A stretch of 64,000 nt of DNA from Nostocales cyanobacterium 94392 (GCA_035285725.1 JAYKJL010000131.1:54485-118484), one strand, 5' to 3'; numbered from the stretch's first letter, positions 1 through 12,000 are shown. Notes: generated by a model not told the origin, from the letters alone. Made by a program: numbers and translations.

Positions 1-2
1 TC

Positions 3-548
3 ATGCGTATGGTTGTGACTGGTCCCGTCGGGGCTGGAAAATCTACATTTATTCGTTCTATTAGTGAAATCGAAGCTGTAGATACAGACCGCAGAGCAAC
101 AGATGAAACTTCGCATCTCAAGCAAAAAACTACTGTTGCTTTTGATTTTGGTCGATTGCAATTTAATCGCGATATGGCACTACATCTTTACGGTACACCA
201 GGTCAAGAACGATTCGATTTTATTTGGGATATGTTAATTCGTAAGGCTCATGCTTATATTTTACTAGTAGCAGCTCATAGACCCGGAGAATTTCGCTATG
301 CTCGTCGTGTAGTTTCTTATATGAATCAAAGAGCGCAAATCCCGATGATTGTCGGCTTAACCCATATTGATTGTTCGGGTGCGTGGTCTCAAGAAAATAT
401 AGTTACTGCTTTGGGTTATTACGACCTAAATACACAGCCTCCTATCGTATTAGTTAATCCCACTGAAATATCTTCTGTTGCCAACGCTGTAATTGCTTTA
501 GTGCAGCATTATGTACAATATTCTGCGACAAAAGTAATCGCTGTATAA
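3..548 (+). CDS. Small Ras-like P-loop GTPase (MglA/CvnD-like); true start may lie a few codons upstream of the window
   Basis: G1 GPVGAGKS, G2-like TTVAFDFG, G3 GTPGQERF, G4 THID; 181 aa. Confidence 0.85.
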   Translation: MRMVVTGPVGAGKSTFIRSISEIEAVDTDRRATDETSHLKQKTTVAFDFGRLQFNRDMALHLYGTPGQERFDFIWDMLIRKAHAYILLVAAHRPGEFRYARRVVSYMNQRAQIPMIVGLTHIDCSGAWSQENIVTALGYYDLNTQPPIVLVNPTEISSVANAVIALVQHYVQYSATKVIAV

Positions 549-665
549 TTGAGTATTATTAAGTATTATTGTGTGAAATTAAACTTAGTGAATAATCTTC
601 TAATTCCTAAGTTAGAATAGTGTTTTATTAATGTCACATAAAAAAGTATTATCTTAAGGTAAGAT

Positions 666-1670
666 ATGGCATTTACTGGTTACTTATCTAAATTTTCTTT
701 ACCGGAAATATTTGAATTTTTAGAACAAGGTTACAAAACTGGATTGCTCAGTATTCGTGCTTTGAAAGATGATCGCGATCGTCTTGCTGAGAATCATTAT
801 ATATGGCTGCGTCAAGGTCGTATTGTCGCCGCAGCAAACAGCTTGGATAATCAAGGTTTAATTTCAATGATTGCCCAAAGAAATTGGGTAAGCGAAAGCA
901 TTGCCAAAGAAAAGTTTCAAGCTAGTAGTGGGAGAATGGCAATAGGTTTGTGCCTCAAATCTCAAGGATTGCTTACAGCAGAGCAACTGACATTATTATT
1001 CCGCGCTCAAATAATGGCTCAAGTTTCTACTTTATTTGAACTAGAAAATGGTAAATTTGATTTTGATTTTCACGCTTCCATACCAAAAGCAGAAATGACT
1101 GGTTTGAGTATGTTGACAACAGAAGCGACAATTAAAGGTCTCCGGAGCCTGCGAAATTGGTCTGCATTAACAGCAAAATTACCCGACTCGACTTCAGGTA
1201 TTTCAAAGAAGATAGAATTCTTGCCTCACCTCCAGTTAGATTCTCAAGAATCAAGAGTTTGGGAATATGCAAATAGTCAGTATTCCTTGAATCAGATAGC
1301 CTCCCGGCTGTTAATTCCTTTAGAAAAGGTACGACAGATTGCTTTTCGATTAATAGTGAGTAACTTAGCAGAAGAAGCTTTTATTATAGCTACTCCTAAA
1401 AAGCCAATTATTATTGATGAAACTAAAGAATTTGCCGATTTAGATTCTACAAATGGATTTGGTGAATTATCATCTCACGCATTTACAACCTATGTATCTA
1501 CCTTCAAGAGTAATGAACCTGCTTACGTTTTAAATAATCAGCAACGAGAACAACCACAAATTGAACATAAAACAGTAGATCCAATACTCAATAATTCTCA
1601 TCAAATTGATGTCAGCCAGTCATTTTTACAAAACTTAGTTGGTTTTCTTAAAACAAAGGTTGAAATTTGA
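666..1670 (+). CDS. DUF4388/PATAN (PatA N-terminal) domain protein without a receiver domain
   Basis: N-terminal GYLSKFSLPEIFEFLEQGYKTGLLSI and IWLRQGRIVAA typical of DUF4388; C-terminal LVGFLK tail. Confidence 0.8.
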   Translation: MAFTGYLSKFSLPEIFEFLEQGYKTGLLSIRALKDDRDRLAENHYIWLRQGRIVAAANSLDNQGLISMIAQRNWVSESIAKEKFQASSGRMAIGLCLKSQGLLTAEQLTLLFRAQIMAQVSTLFELENGKFDFDFHASIPKAEMTGLSMLTTEATIKGLRSLRNWSALTAKLPDSTSGISKKIEFLPHLQLDSQESRVWEYANSQYSLNQIASRLLIPLEKVRQIAFRLIVSNLAEEAFIIATPKKPIIIDETKEFADLDSTNGFGELSSHAFTTYVSTFKSNEPAYVLNNQQREQPQIEHKTVDPILNNSHQIDVSQSFLQNLVGFLKTKVEI

Positions 1671-2329
1671 AATTTGCAAGTTGATTTATATTCTGTTTAG
1701 GTTTTCTTTTTGTAACAGCGTGTTTAGAAAACAGGTTATAAAATAATTATTAAGGTAGTGTGTGTTAAGACTCGTAAAGATTTGGAGGTTTAAGTAAGTC
1801 AGAATTTGCCATATTGCTTTCTAATGCACTATTTTTGAGCATTGAGTGCGTTATTGCATAACTACCCAAAAATGATAAAAAAAATAATCAAAAAACTGAA
1901 AATATTTGATTAATAATTTCATTAATTGTGCGATTTTAAATCCGTACAAACAACAAAGATGTTGAAAAAAGAAAATCAGGAAAAACACGGATTTATTTGT
2001 AATGATAAAAGTCTAATATTATATATAAATAGTGGGTGCATCCTCGTATTGGGCAATAGCAATTTTTTAAATGGTTGATGGAACGTTAGCAAATATATCA
2101 AGTAGAAAAAGAAAAATTTTATGAATATATCCTTTTCTTTTTTTTTATAAAAATATCTTGTAAATGTTCTCAGTCTTGAAAAAGAAAAGTTATCAACCAA
2201 TGCATAAAATTAGGGTAGCTATCCCGAACCTGTTTGCTTATTGGATTGCATTCAATTAAGTATCTCCTGAGTGGCTGTATAGCTAGTCTGGACTTTTAAG
2301 GGAAGACCTATTAATAAAGGGAACAAAGT

Positions 2330-3544
2330 ATGAGCCATCCGGAAATGATGGTATCGAGTCAATTACTCGATGAATTTAGAACTTGTACTCAATTACAATA
2401 CAGTGGCAAATTAAACATCAAAAGTTCCAAAGGGAATAAATGGGTTTTTTACTACCGATTGGGTCGTATAGTTTGGGCAACTGGAGGAACTCATCCCTTC
2501 CGACGCTGGCGCAGACACATCACCCAACATTGCCCGGATATTGATATTGACAAAATGCAATTAAATTCGGCAGAAATATCAATCTCAAATGATTATTGGG
2601 ATTATAAACTGCTAGAAATTCTACATGAAAAGCAGAAAATTAAGCGCGAATATATTAATTCTGTAGTAGAAAGAACTATTGCAGAACTGCTGTTTGATTT
2701 AGCTCAACAAGCGCATTTTAATCAAATTCATTGCGATCGCAGTGCTGATGTCATATTGGAAGCACCGATGAGCTTTACAAGTGCAGATATGTCTTTGAAG
2801 TTCATGGAAGATAGTTGGAAAAATTGGTCTGAAGCCGGTTTGGCAAATTTTTCTCCCGATTCGGCTCCAATTTTACGTAGACCCGAACAGTTACAGCAAA
2901 TGGTAAGTCCAGCTGTGTACAAAAACTTTGTGAATTTGATGAACGGTAAATACACCCTACGGGACTTAGCCGTGAAAATGAAGCAAAGTCCTTTACCTAT
3001 AGCTCGTTCATTATTACCTTACGTCCTCAAAGGTATCATCGAACTGATAAAAGTCCCCGATTTACCTTTCAAAATAGGTGACGGTCAAAATACACCGACA
3101 GTGGAACCGGAACCGGAACCACCTGCGGGTCCGTTAATAGCTTGCGTAGACGACAGTCCTCAAGTCTGTCAGATGCTCGAACAAATTCTTGTCCCTCAAG
3201 GACTAAGGTTTATTAAAATTCAAGACCCCGTACAGGCTTTACCAGTTTTGATTGAAAATAAGCCAGACTTAATTTTCTTAGATTTGGTGATGCCAGTTGC
3301 TAGTGGTTACGAAATTTGCGCTCAACTGCGTCGGATTTCAGTTTTTGCAAATACACCAGTAATTATACTTACAGGAAGTGATGGTTTATTTGACCGAGTT
3401 CGTGCCAAAGTAGTTGGTTCCACAGATTTTATTACCAAGCCTGTAGTAGCTGATAAAGTACTGGGGATAATACGCAAATACATACATACTCAATCTTCTG
3501 TCAAAGGTAGTTCAAATACACAAATGTCATTAAGGCATTCTTAA
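2330..3544 (+). CDS. PatA-family response regulator (PATAN + REC; PixG/PilG-like)
   Basis: YYRLGRIVWA PATAN segment; receiver motifs CVDDSP, FLDLVMP, ILTG, FITKP. Confidence 0.9.
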   Translation: MSHPEMMVSSQLLDEFRTCTQLQYSGKLNIKSSKGNKWVFYYRLGRIVWATGGTHPFRRWRRHITQHCPDIDIDKMQLNSAEISISNDYWDYKLLEILHEKQKIKREYINSVVERTIAELLFDLAQQAHFNQIHCDRSADVILEAPMSFTSADMSLKFMEDSWKNWSEAGLANFSPDSAPILRRPEQLQQMVSPAVYKNFVNLMNGKYTLRDLAVKMKQSPLPIARSLLPYVLKGIIELIKVPDLPFKIGDGQNTPTVEPEPEPPAGPLIACVDDSPQVCQMLEQILVPQGLRFIKIQDPVQALPVLIENKPDLIFLDLVMPVASGYEICAQLRRISVFANTPVIILTGSDGLFDRVRAKVVGSTDFITKPVVADKVLGIIRKYIHTQSSVKGSSNTQMSLRHS

Positions 3545-3787
3545 TTTACTTATTTTTATCAGCGACATTGCTGTATTCTTAGGCGACATTCTTTGAAGTA
3601 AATGCCTATCTCTATATTAGCGTTGTAAAAATAATTTGATTATCACTTGAGTTAAGCATAAGTGTTTATACTGAAGCTTCATTAACAAAATATGCATCAA
3701 AATTAGGTAAAGCTCAAGCTTTAAATATCTAATTTGAATGCTGAATAAGCGTTTTTTGTTGTTAAATAAATTTGATAGGTAATTATT

Positions 3788-4150
3788 ATGAGTACTATTT
3801 TAGTTGTTGAAGATGGTTTAACTGATATGCAGGTGATTAGTCGTTATTTAGAGCAAGCTGGCTATAGTGTCATGGGAGCAACAAGTAGTGAAGAGGCTCA
3901 AGAAAAAATAACTCAAAATAAACCTGATGTCATCTTTCTTGATGTGATTTTACCAGGGAAAAGCGGTTTTGAGATTTGTCGCGAACTCAAAGAAAATCCT
4001 AATACCAGCACAATACCAGTCGTTTTTTGCTCTACAAAAAATAGTGATGTAGATAAAATGTGGGGAGATATGTTAGGTGCCGATGCGTTTCTTTCTAAGC
4101 CCGTACAAAAGGAAGAATTGGAAGGAGTCTTACAAAAATTAAAAAAATAG
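3788..4150 (+). CDS. cheY: Single-domain CheY-like response regulator (PixH/PilH-like)
   Basis: VVEDG, FLDVILPGKSGFEIC, CST, LSKP; 120 aa. Confidence 0.92.
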   Translation: MSTILVVEDGLTDMQVISRYLEQAGYSVMGATSSEEAQEKITQNKPDVIFLDVILPGKSGFEICRELKENPNTSTIPVVFCSTKNSDVDKMWGDMLGADAFLSKPVQKEELEGVLQKLKK

Positions 4151-4192
4151 CTGATTAACAATGCGAATAAACACGTATAAGGAACAATAGTC

Positions 4193-4666
4193 TTGGACAG
4201 TTCAGAAAAGTTTTTAAGCTTTAACTTAGGGATAAAAAATACAGCAATCATTTCATTGCAAAATGTAACAGAAATATTGCCAGTATCTTTGAATGAAGTT
4301 TGCTGCGTACCCCAGATGCCAAGCTGTGTATTTGGTATCTATAATTGGCGCGGTGAAATGCTTTGGCTAATTGATTTAGAAGCAATGCTAGGCTACTTAC
4401 CTTGTTCCTATGGTAGTAATTTTGTTTCCAAAATGATGGCGATTATATTGGAGAAAGAAGGTAAATCCTTGGGACTATTAGTACGGCAAATTATGGATAT
4501 TGAGGAGTTTAGTTTGGAGCAAATGAAGCCACCATCACCCGAATTAGTTTCTCAAGAAGTTGCTCCTTTTTTGCAAGGTTATTTCATTAAATCTTCAGAA
4601 GAAATGATTGTTAATTTAGATGCTTCTGCAATTCTTGAATCTCCTTTATTGTCAATTCATAATTAA
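4193..4666 (+). CDS. cheW: CheW-like adaptor (TTG start)
   Basis: VPQMPSCVFGIYNWRGEMLWLIDL CheW signature; lies between CheY and the MCP. Confidence 0.9.
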   Translation: MDSSEKFLSFNLGIKNTAIISLQNVTEILPVSLNEVCCVPQMPSCVFGIYNWRGEMLWLIDLEAMLGYLPCSYGSNFVSKMMAIILEKEGKSLGLLVRQIMDIEEFSLEQMKPPSPELVSQEVAPFLQGYFIKSSEEMIVNLDASAILESPLLSIHN

Positions 4667-4670
4667 TAGC

Positions 4671-4826
4671 GATATTAAATCAGTTAACAGTCAACAGTTA
4701 TCAGTTATCACGGTTTCAGTTGGGGATTTAACCCCGACTGAAACACACCACCCAGGCGAAGTGGGGGACTCTGAATCCCAATTGATTTACAGTTTTTAAC
4801 TGGTAACTGATAACTGATAACTGTTA
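4671..4826. repeat. ~150-bp dispersed structured repeat, copy 1 (CAGTTAT/ATAACTG inverted ends, two internal hairpins)
   Basis: Near-identical copy at 40665-40806. Confidence 0.85.
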
Positions 4827-4891
4827 ATAATAACCAGAAAAACTCAACTTTCTTTAGCTGTAGCAATTTTAAATATTTTTAGGTACCTTCA

Positions 4892-7800
4892 ATGACTAAT
4901 ATATATCAAGAAAATGCTGAAAATGGACATTATTTAGATAATGTTGAAAAATCCGATAAACTCAGCGAATTAAATCAACAAATTTCTAATTTAAATAGTA
5001 TCGACCAGCAATTTAAAAATTGGCGAATACACTTATCATCAGTTGTTGATCAAATTCGTCAAGTAAAAGAATTAGAAGAATTAGTAAAAGTTACAACCGC
5101 AGCCGTTAGAAAGAAAATAAAAAGCGATCGCGTGTTGATTTATCGTTTTGATTCATCATCATCAGGTGTTGTCATCGGAGAATCAATGAATCAGGGTTGG
5201 ACACCTGCAAAGGGTGAAATTCTCCCGACGATGATTTTTGGTTTAGACGCAAGAGAAGAATATTTAGAAGCTGTCAGCATCAAGGATATTAAAGAAATTG
5301 AACTGACGGCTTACAAAGCTCAATTGTTAGAGAAATTCCAAGTTACAGCTAGTTTAACCATTCCAATTTTAGTTGCAGGTGAAATTTGGGGATTACTAGG
5401 GATACACAGTTGTGCAACAGCACGTCAGTGGGAAGAATGGGAAATCAGCTTATTAACTCAAGTAACTGCGGAATTTTCTTATAAATTGCAAAATTTTGAA
5501 TTACAAAGAAAACTAGAGCAGCAATCACAAGAGTTTAAATCGATTTCAAAAGTTATTGATAAGATTCAACTAGCTTCGAGTCTAGATAAAGTTTTCCGTA
5601 CTACTACCGAGGAAGTTCGCGAAATAATTAAATGCGATCGTTTAGCAGTTTATCGCTTTAATGCTGATTGGAGTGGGGAATTTATTGCTGAATCTGTTGC
5701 AAATGGTTGGATTTCTCTGGTTGGTCCGGGTCTCAAAACTGTTTGGGAAGATAGTTATTTGCAAGAAACTCAAGGAGGACGCTATCGCCAGCACGAATTC
5801 CTAGTAGCAAATGATATCTATCAAATGAATCATGCCCCTTGTCATGTGGAAATTTTAGAACAGTTCCAAGTCAAAGCGTATGTAATTGTTCCTGTATTTG
5901 CGGGACAGAGATTATGGGGTTTATTAGGTGCTTATCAAAATACTGGTGCTTATCAATGGCAAGAAGAGCAAGTTAAATTATTGCGTCAAATTGCGATTAA
6001 CTTAGGTGTAGCTGTATCCCAAGCTGAGTTCGTACAGCAAACCGAAGAGCAATCGCGACAATTAGCAAAGACAGCGGAACGTCAACAAACTTTAATTAGC
6101 CTGACTCGTAAAATTGGAGAAGGACTTACACAAAAAGTTACAGACTCTTCACAATTTAGTCAAATTCTTCAAACAACTGCTTATGAAGTCCGTCGCTTAT
6201 TGCAAACTGACCATACCGCTATTTATCGTTTTAATGAGGATTGGAGTGGTCAATTTATTGCAGAATCTATCGGTAAAAACTGGAAGCCTTTTATAGAAAA
6301 AGAAATTGACCAAGCTTTATTGAAAGAAAACGGTCATTGTGACTCTATCCGCAGCCTTGAATCAATCTACAAAGAAGGAGATACCCATCTTCAGGACACT
6401 CATGGAGGTCGCTACAAACAAAAAGCCAGTTTCGTTGTTAATGATGTAGAAAAAGCTGGGTTCCCTCCTTGCTACATGGAGTTATTAGAGCAATTTGAAG
6501 CTAAAGCTTATCTTACTGTTCCGATCTTTCAAGGCGAGGAACTTTGGGGATTATTAGCGAGCTATCAACATTCCGGTTCTCGTAATTGGGAAGATTTTGA
6601 AGTCACTGCAATGGAACAGATTGCCGTACTGTTGGGAGTTGCAATTCAACAGACACAAACATTAGATAAGTATCAGCAGCAATCTGAAAAAATGGCAAAA
6701 GCAGTAAAACGGGATAAGGCTGTAGCCAAAGTGATTGACAAAATTCGGCAATCTCTTGATATCGAGAGTATCTTTTTAACTACTACTCAAGAAATGCGGG
6801 GACTATTAAATACTGACCGTGTAGCCGTATATCGTCTCAATCCAGACTACAGCGGCGAATTTATTTCCGAATCCATAGCTCCTGGCTGGCTTCCTTTAGT
6901 AGATAGACAACATCAAATTCGACGTTTACAAGAAAGTCTCAACAGTTGTACCAGGATGCGAACTTTATTCAAAAGTAGCGAAGTCGATACAAGTACTATA
7001 GACCCTTATTTACAAAGTTCTTTAGGTAACATTGGCGAGAAACAATCTTACGTTGTTTCTGATATATACGCTAAAGGCTTTAACGATTGTTATCTTCAGG
7101 TATTAGAGCAATACCAATGTAAAGCTTACGCTATTGTTCCTATTTATCAAGGAAAAAAACTCTGGGGAATGCTTGCAGCTTATCAGAATGACGGACCACG
7201 TGAATGGGAAGACACAGAAGTTAACCTGTTGACACAAATTGCCAGCCAGTTAAGTGTAGTGCTACAGCAAGCTGAATTCCTCCAACAATTACAAGCACAA
7301 TCATCACAAGTTGCACAAGCCGCAGCCCGAGAGAAGCAAGCTAGAGAATCTTCGCAAACAGCAGCTATGCAACTTTTAGCAGCAGTTAGACCTGCTTTAA
7401 ATGGTGATTTAACGGTACGTGCGCCAATTACCGAAGATGAACTAGGTACCATCGCTGATGCTTACAACAATACCTTACAAGCATTACGCCAAATCGTTCT
7501 GCAAGTACAAGCAGCAGCTCAACAAGTTGCCGAAACTTCCGTTAAAAGCAACCTGTCCTTGACTGGGTTAACAGACTTAGCACAAAAACAGTCCAGAGAA
7601 ATCAGCGGAGCTTTAACCGAAATTCAACAGATGGTTGATTCTACTCAAGAGGTAGTATCAAACGCCGAATCAGTACAAATTGCAGTGCAAAAAGCCAACC
7701 AAACCGTAGATTCCGGCGATACAGCCATGAATATGACTGTAGAAGCCATTCAAGCAATCCGCGAAACCGTTGCTCAAACCAGTAAAAAAATTAAGCGCCT

Positions 7801-8338
7801 CAGTGAATCCTCCCAGAAAATTTCCAAGGTAGTAAACCTAATCAGCAACTTTGCTACTCAAACCAACGTACTAGCTTTGAACGCAGCAATTGAAGCCACC
7901 CGTGCAGGTGAATATGGTAAAGGCTTTGCAGTAGTAGCCGATGAAGTACGTTCGCTGTCTCGTCAGTCAGCGGCAGCAACCATCGAAATTGAAAAATTAG
8001 TCCAAGAAATCCAAGAAGAAACCGGCGAAGTTGCAGTAGCAATGGAAACAGGCATTCAACAAGTAGTAGAAGGTACAAATTTGGTTAACCAAACCAGACA
8101 AAACCTCAACGATATTGTTGATGCAACTGCTCAAATCAGCGATTTAGTTGAAAGAATCACCGATGCAACCCAAACCCAAATGCTCCAATCGGTATCAGCC
8201 ACAGCATCCATGAAAGACGTAGCCCAAATTTCCCAAAAGACTTCCACCGAAGCTAACAGCATTGCCGTAGTTTTCCAACAGTTATCTGAAATGGGACAGG
8301 ATTTGTTAGCAAGTGTAAGTAAGTTTAAAGTCAATTGA
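4892..8338 (+). CDS. Soluble methyl-accepting photoreceptor with 4 GAF domains + HAMP + MCP signalling domain (PixJ/PtxD-like cyanobacteriochrome)
   Basis: Four RVxIYRF...LWGLL GAF repeats; bilin-binding Cys in GAF2-4; [15 protein letters not shown]; [31 protein letters not shown]; no TM helix evident. Confidence 0.93.
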   Translation: MTNIYQENAENGHYLDNVEKSDKLSELNQQISNLNSIDQQFKNWRIHLSSVVDQIRQVKELEELVKVTTAAVRKKIKSDRVLIYRFDSSSSGVVIGESMNQGWTPAKGEILPTMIFGLDAREEYLEAVSIKDIKEIELTAYKAQLLEKFQVTASLTIPILVAGEIWGLLGIHSCATARQWEEWEISLLTQVTAEFSYKLQNFELQRKLEQQSQEFKSISKVIDKIQLASSLDKVFRTTTEEVREIIKCDRLAVYRFNADWSGEFIAESVANGWISLVGPGLKTVWEDSYLQETQGGRYRQHEFLVANDIYQMNHAPCHVEILEQFQVKAYVIVPVFAGQRLWGLLGAYQNTGAYQWQEEQVKLLRQIAINLGVAVSQAEFVQQTEEQSRQLAKTAERQQTLISLTRKIGEGLTQKVTDSSQFSQILQTTAYEVRRLLQTDHTAIYRFNEDWSGQFIAESIGKNWKPFIEKEIDQALLKENGHCDSIRSLESIYKEGDTHLQDTHGGRYKQKASFVVNDVEKAGFPPCYMELLEQFEAKAYLTVPIFQGEELWGLLASYQHSGSRNWEDFEVTAMEQIAVLLGVAIQQTQTLDKYQQQSEKMAKAVKRDKAVAKVIDKIRQSLDIESIFLTTTQEMRGLLNTDRVAVYRLNPDYSGEFISESIAPGWLPLVDRQHQIRRLQESLNSCTRMRTLFKSSEVDTSTIDPYLQSSLGNIGEKQSYVVSDIYAKGFNDCYLQVLEQYQCKAYAIVPIYQGKKLWGMLAAYQNDGPREWEDTEVNLLTQIASQLSVVLQQAEFLQQLQAQSSQVAQAAAREKQARESSQTAAMQLLAAVRPALNGDLTVRAPITEDELGTIADAYNNTLQALRQIVLQVQAAAQQVAETSVKSNLSLTGLTDLAQKQSREISGALTEIQQMVDSTQEVVSNAESVQIAVQKANQTVDSGDTAMNMTVEAIQAIRETVAQTSKKIKRLSESSQKISKVVNLISNFATQTNVLALNAAIEATRAGEYGKGFAVVADEVRSLSRQSAAATIEIEKLVQEIQEETGEVAVAMETGIQQVVEGTNLVNQTRQNLNDIVDATAQISDLVERITDATQTQMLQSVSATASMKDVAQISQKTSTEANSIAVVFQQLSEMGQDLLASVSKFKVN

Positions 8339-8339
8339 A

Positions 8340-8369
8340 TTTTAGATTTTAGATTTTAGATTTTGGATT
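8340..8369 (+). repeat. STRR (TTTTAGA/TTTTGGA)n
   Basis: Heptamer tandem directly after the MCP stop codon. Confidence 0.9.
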
Positions 8370-8753
8370 ATGAATGAGGTGGAATTTAAGAGGAGAACTA
8401 AGCAGCTAGCGTTGCGAGTAATCAGTTTAATACAAGCTTTAGAAGCAATTCCCCATAACTTAACTGCTCAGGTTATTAGCAAGCAATTAATTCGTTCGGC
8501 AACTTCTGTAGGTGCTAATTACCGTTCAGCTTGTCGGGCTAAATCAACTGCCGATATTATTGCCAAACTGAGCTTGGTTGAAGAAGAAGCAGATGAAAGT
8601 CTTTACTGGATGGAACTGATTGTTGAATCAGCTTTAATCCCACAAGAAAAATTAACTAACTTGATGTCGGAAACTACCGAGATTTTAGCAATGACTGTTG
8701 CATCCATTAAAACTTTACGTATTAAATCCCAACATCCAAAGTCCAAGATTTGA
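8370..8753 (+). CDS. Four-helix-bundle protein (23S rRNA IVS / Avd-like family)
   Basis: FKRRTKQLALRVI...QLIRSATSVGANYRSACRAKS...EEEADESLYWMEL; 127 aa. Confidence 0.88.
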   Translation: MNEVEFKRRTKQLALRVISLIQALEAIPHNLTAQVISKQLIRSATSVGANYRSACRAKSTADIIAKLSLVEEEADESLYWMELIVESALIPQEKLTNLMSETTEILAMTVASIKTLRIKSQHPKSKI

Positions 8754-8983
8754 AATCTGACGGGCTTTGCTGATTGAATTGATGAATTTGTCAACGTAAA
8801 TTTATGCTCTCATGTAGCAAAGCCTAAACCTGGATTTCTCACAAGTAAGTGGTAAGCGTTGAGTGACGGATTGATTTTCCCACTACTCACTACTACTTCC
8901 AATTTCCTTCTTGTTTGTGAGAAATGCGGGTAAAATCCTCGACACTTCCTCCTGAAGGGGAAACCACCAGAATCGCAGTGTCC

Positions 8984-9007
8984 CCAAAATCCAAAATCCA
9001 AAATTGA
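8984..9007 (+). repeat. STRR (CCAAAAT)n, inverted relative to 8340-8369
   Basis: ccaaaatccaaaatccaaaattg just before the cheA ATG. Confidence 0.85.
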
Positions 9008-9011
9008 AATC

Positions 9012-12000
9012 ATGATTACCGACTCCTCGATTCGCGAACAAGGATATCTTTATTTTCTCAGTGAAGCTCCAGAATTACTACAAACTATTGAACAAGAACT
9101 TTTTAGTTTAGTTGAAGAGCGAAGTACCAATAAAGTGCATAATTTAATGCGAGCTACTCATACACTTAAAGGTGGGGCTGCTAATGTTGAATTAGAATCA
9201 ATTACTAAAATAGCTCATTCTTTAGAGGATGTTTTTAAAGCTTTATATAATCCTGAAGTAGAAATTGATTCTTATTTGTACTCTTTATTATTACAAGCTT
9301 TCGAGTGTTTGCAATTATGCTTAACTTCGGAAATGATGGGGACTAAAATTGATGATGATGAACTGATGCAGCGAGCTGCTTCGGTATTTGCACAGCTACA
9401 GGAAAAACTCGGTGATGCTTTTGGTGCTGAAGCTCATATTCCTACTTCTGAGGAATTAGGTTTCGATATTGTATTATCCATTTTTGAGACAGGTGTTACT
9501 CAGCGTATAGAAAGTATTCAAGAGTTACTTAATAATCCTCCCGAAATTACTAAAATTGCTGATTTTTTACGCGCTCAAGCCGAAGTTTTTACTGGACTTT
9601 CTGAGTCTTTAAATTTACCTGGATTTGGTGAAATTACTCAAGCTATTATTGCCGCATTAGAAGCTAATCCCTCTCAAGCTTTAGAAATTGCTAAAATTGC
9701 TAATCATGATTTACAGCAATCAAGAAAAGCTGTTTTAGATGGCGATCGCGAACGTGGTGGAGAACCATCAAAAGCTTTACTTGCTTTTTCGCAGTCTGTA
9801 GTAAATAATTCTCAAGTTGAGGCAGAAAATTTATCTGTAAATGCAAAAAATCAATCATTAAATACTGAATATTTTTCTATTCCTTTAAGAAGAGAGATAG
9901 AACAATTATATCAATTTCTTATCAAAGGCAATACTGATAACAAACCTCTAAACTCAAAGTCAGCAAAGTTCCATTTAAAAGTAATTCGGTATATCTTAGG
10001 TTGGTTTAATCATGAATTAGATATTCCTGAAGAAAATCTTGGTTTGCACCTACTTATTCCCAAAGATAATCTGGAAAAATCTATGGAGTATGTAGAAAAC
10101 TGGCTGCAGGAATTTATTGATTTTTTGCAAGATGATTCCGATAATCCAAATCTTTATCTTTACCGTATTGGTGGTATTTTAACGGTACTTTTAGCAGTTG
10201 CAAAATTCAAATATTCTCAAGGTAATCTAGATAATTTTTCATTAATTGAAAGTTTAAAAAACAAAATTTCCGATATTGCAAAGCAGTATAAAAATTATTC
10301 TCCTGTCGCTGCTAAAGAAAAAAAATGGCTTGATAATCCCAAGTTAAAAAAATTAGTAGAAATCAAACAAATATCTCCCGAAATTGAAATTGCTGTAAAT
10401 CAAGATGAAAATATTGTAGAAGCAATTTGGGGAGAAGAAGTAAATTCGATGATGAATAATCATATTATTGAAGATGCAACAATAGGTTTTGAAGCTGATA
10501 GTTTAGAAAGCGGACTTATTAACTCTAAATCATTACCCTCCATTGACGAGAATGATATAGATGCAGGTTCTTCCGAAACAATTATTCAACTTCCAACTAA
10601 TTCAGTTACTAAAATCGAAAAAAACATAGAAGAAAAATCGCCAAAAACTCTGAGAAATTCTAAGTTACCTGGTTTTGTACGTGTAGATGTAGAAAGTTTA
10701 CAGCGGCTTAATTATTTAGCAGGAGAATTACTAATTTATCAAAAGCGTCGGACTTCACAGGATGAACAGCTTAAAGAAATAATTAAACAGTTATTCAAAA
10801 AGCTTCAAAAGCATCAACAAACTTTAGAACAATTACAGGAGTTGCCTTTACAATCTCAAAGATTAATATCTAAACATAGGGTAAACTTTGGGTTTTTGGA
10901 GTTCGATTCTTTGGAAATGGATGACTACACAGAATTTAATTTAGGATTGCATGAAGCTATGGAACAAGCAATCCAATTACAGGAAATTATAGAATCAGCA
11001 AATGTCATTTTTCAGCAATCTAGTCAAATTCATGAGAAAAAACAGCGATTAACTCTTGGTATTATTGATAATTTAGTTGAAGCAAGAATGTTACCTCTGG
11101 GTAATATCCTAAATCGTTTCCCCCAAATGGTACAAAATCTTAACAACGTTCATGGTAAAAATGTCGAATTACGGCTGAGTGGTGGGGGAGTTTTAGTAGA
11201 CAAAGCAATGGCTGAAAAGCTTTACGAGCCATTATTACACTTGGTACGCAATTCTTACGATCATGGAATTGAATCAGCAGAAGTTCGTTGCGATCGCGGT
11301 AAATCAGAACAAGGTTTAATCGAAATTTGTGCTTACAATCGAGGTTCTCAGACTGTAATCGAAGTTCGAGATGATGGTGGAGGTTTGAATTTTGAAAAAA
11401 TTCGCGCTAAAGCAATTGAATTAGGATTTTTACATCGAGATAGGGAATTTGATAAACATGATTCAATTTTGATGGAAGAATTACTAGATTGTTTGTTTTC
11501 GCCTGGATTTTCCACCGCTAGTAAAGTCAGTGATATTTCTGGACGGGGTATTGGGTTAGATATTGTCCGCGCTCAATTACAAGCGCTCAATGGATCTATT
11601 GCCGTTTACTCACAACCCCAGCAAGGAACAACATTTGTACTCAAAATTCCTTTTTCTATGACGACTGAAAAATTAATGATAGTTCAAACGGGAGGTGCTG
11701 TTTACGCACTGCTATTAGACAGTATTGCGAAAATATTGCTTCCATCTCCCGAACAAATTAAACAGTTTGAAAATAAAAAAGTTCTTTACTGGAATACTGG
11801 TAAAGAAGAGCGTATGGTAAATTTACTCAATCTTTCAGATTTAATGCAATATAATCGCTCATTTAATAGCGAAAATCTTTTACATAATCAATCTATAATT
11901 AATAATGCGGATAAAACCGCAAATCCTATACTATTGCTACGCAGTAATGACCAAGTTTTAGGTTTAGAAATTGACCAAATAATTGGGGAACAAGAATTAG

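Noticed and set aside
8370-8753. Diversity-generating retroelement, suggested by the Avd-like gene
   Set aside because: No reverse transcriptase and no template/variable repeat pair differing at adenines in the window
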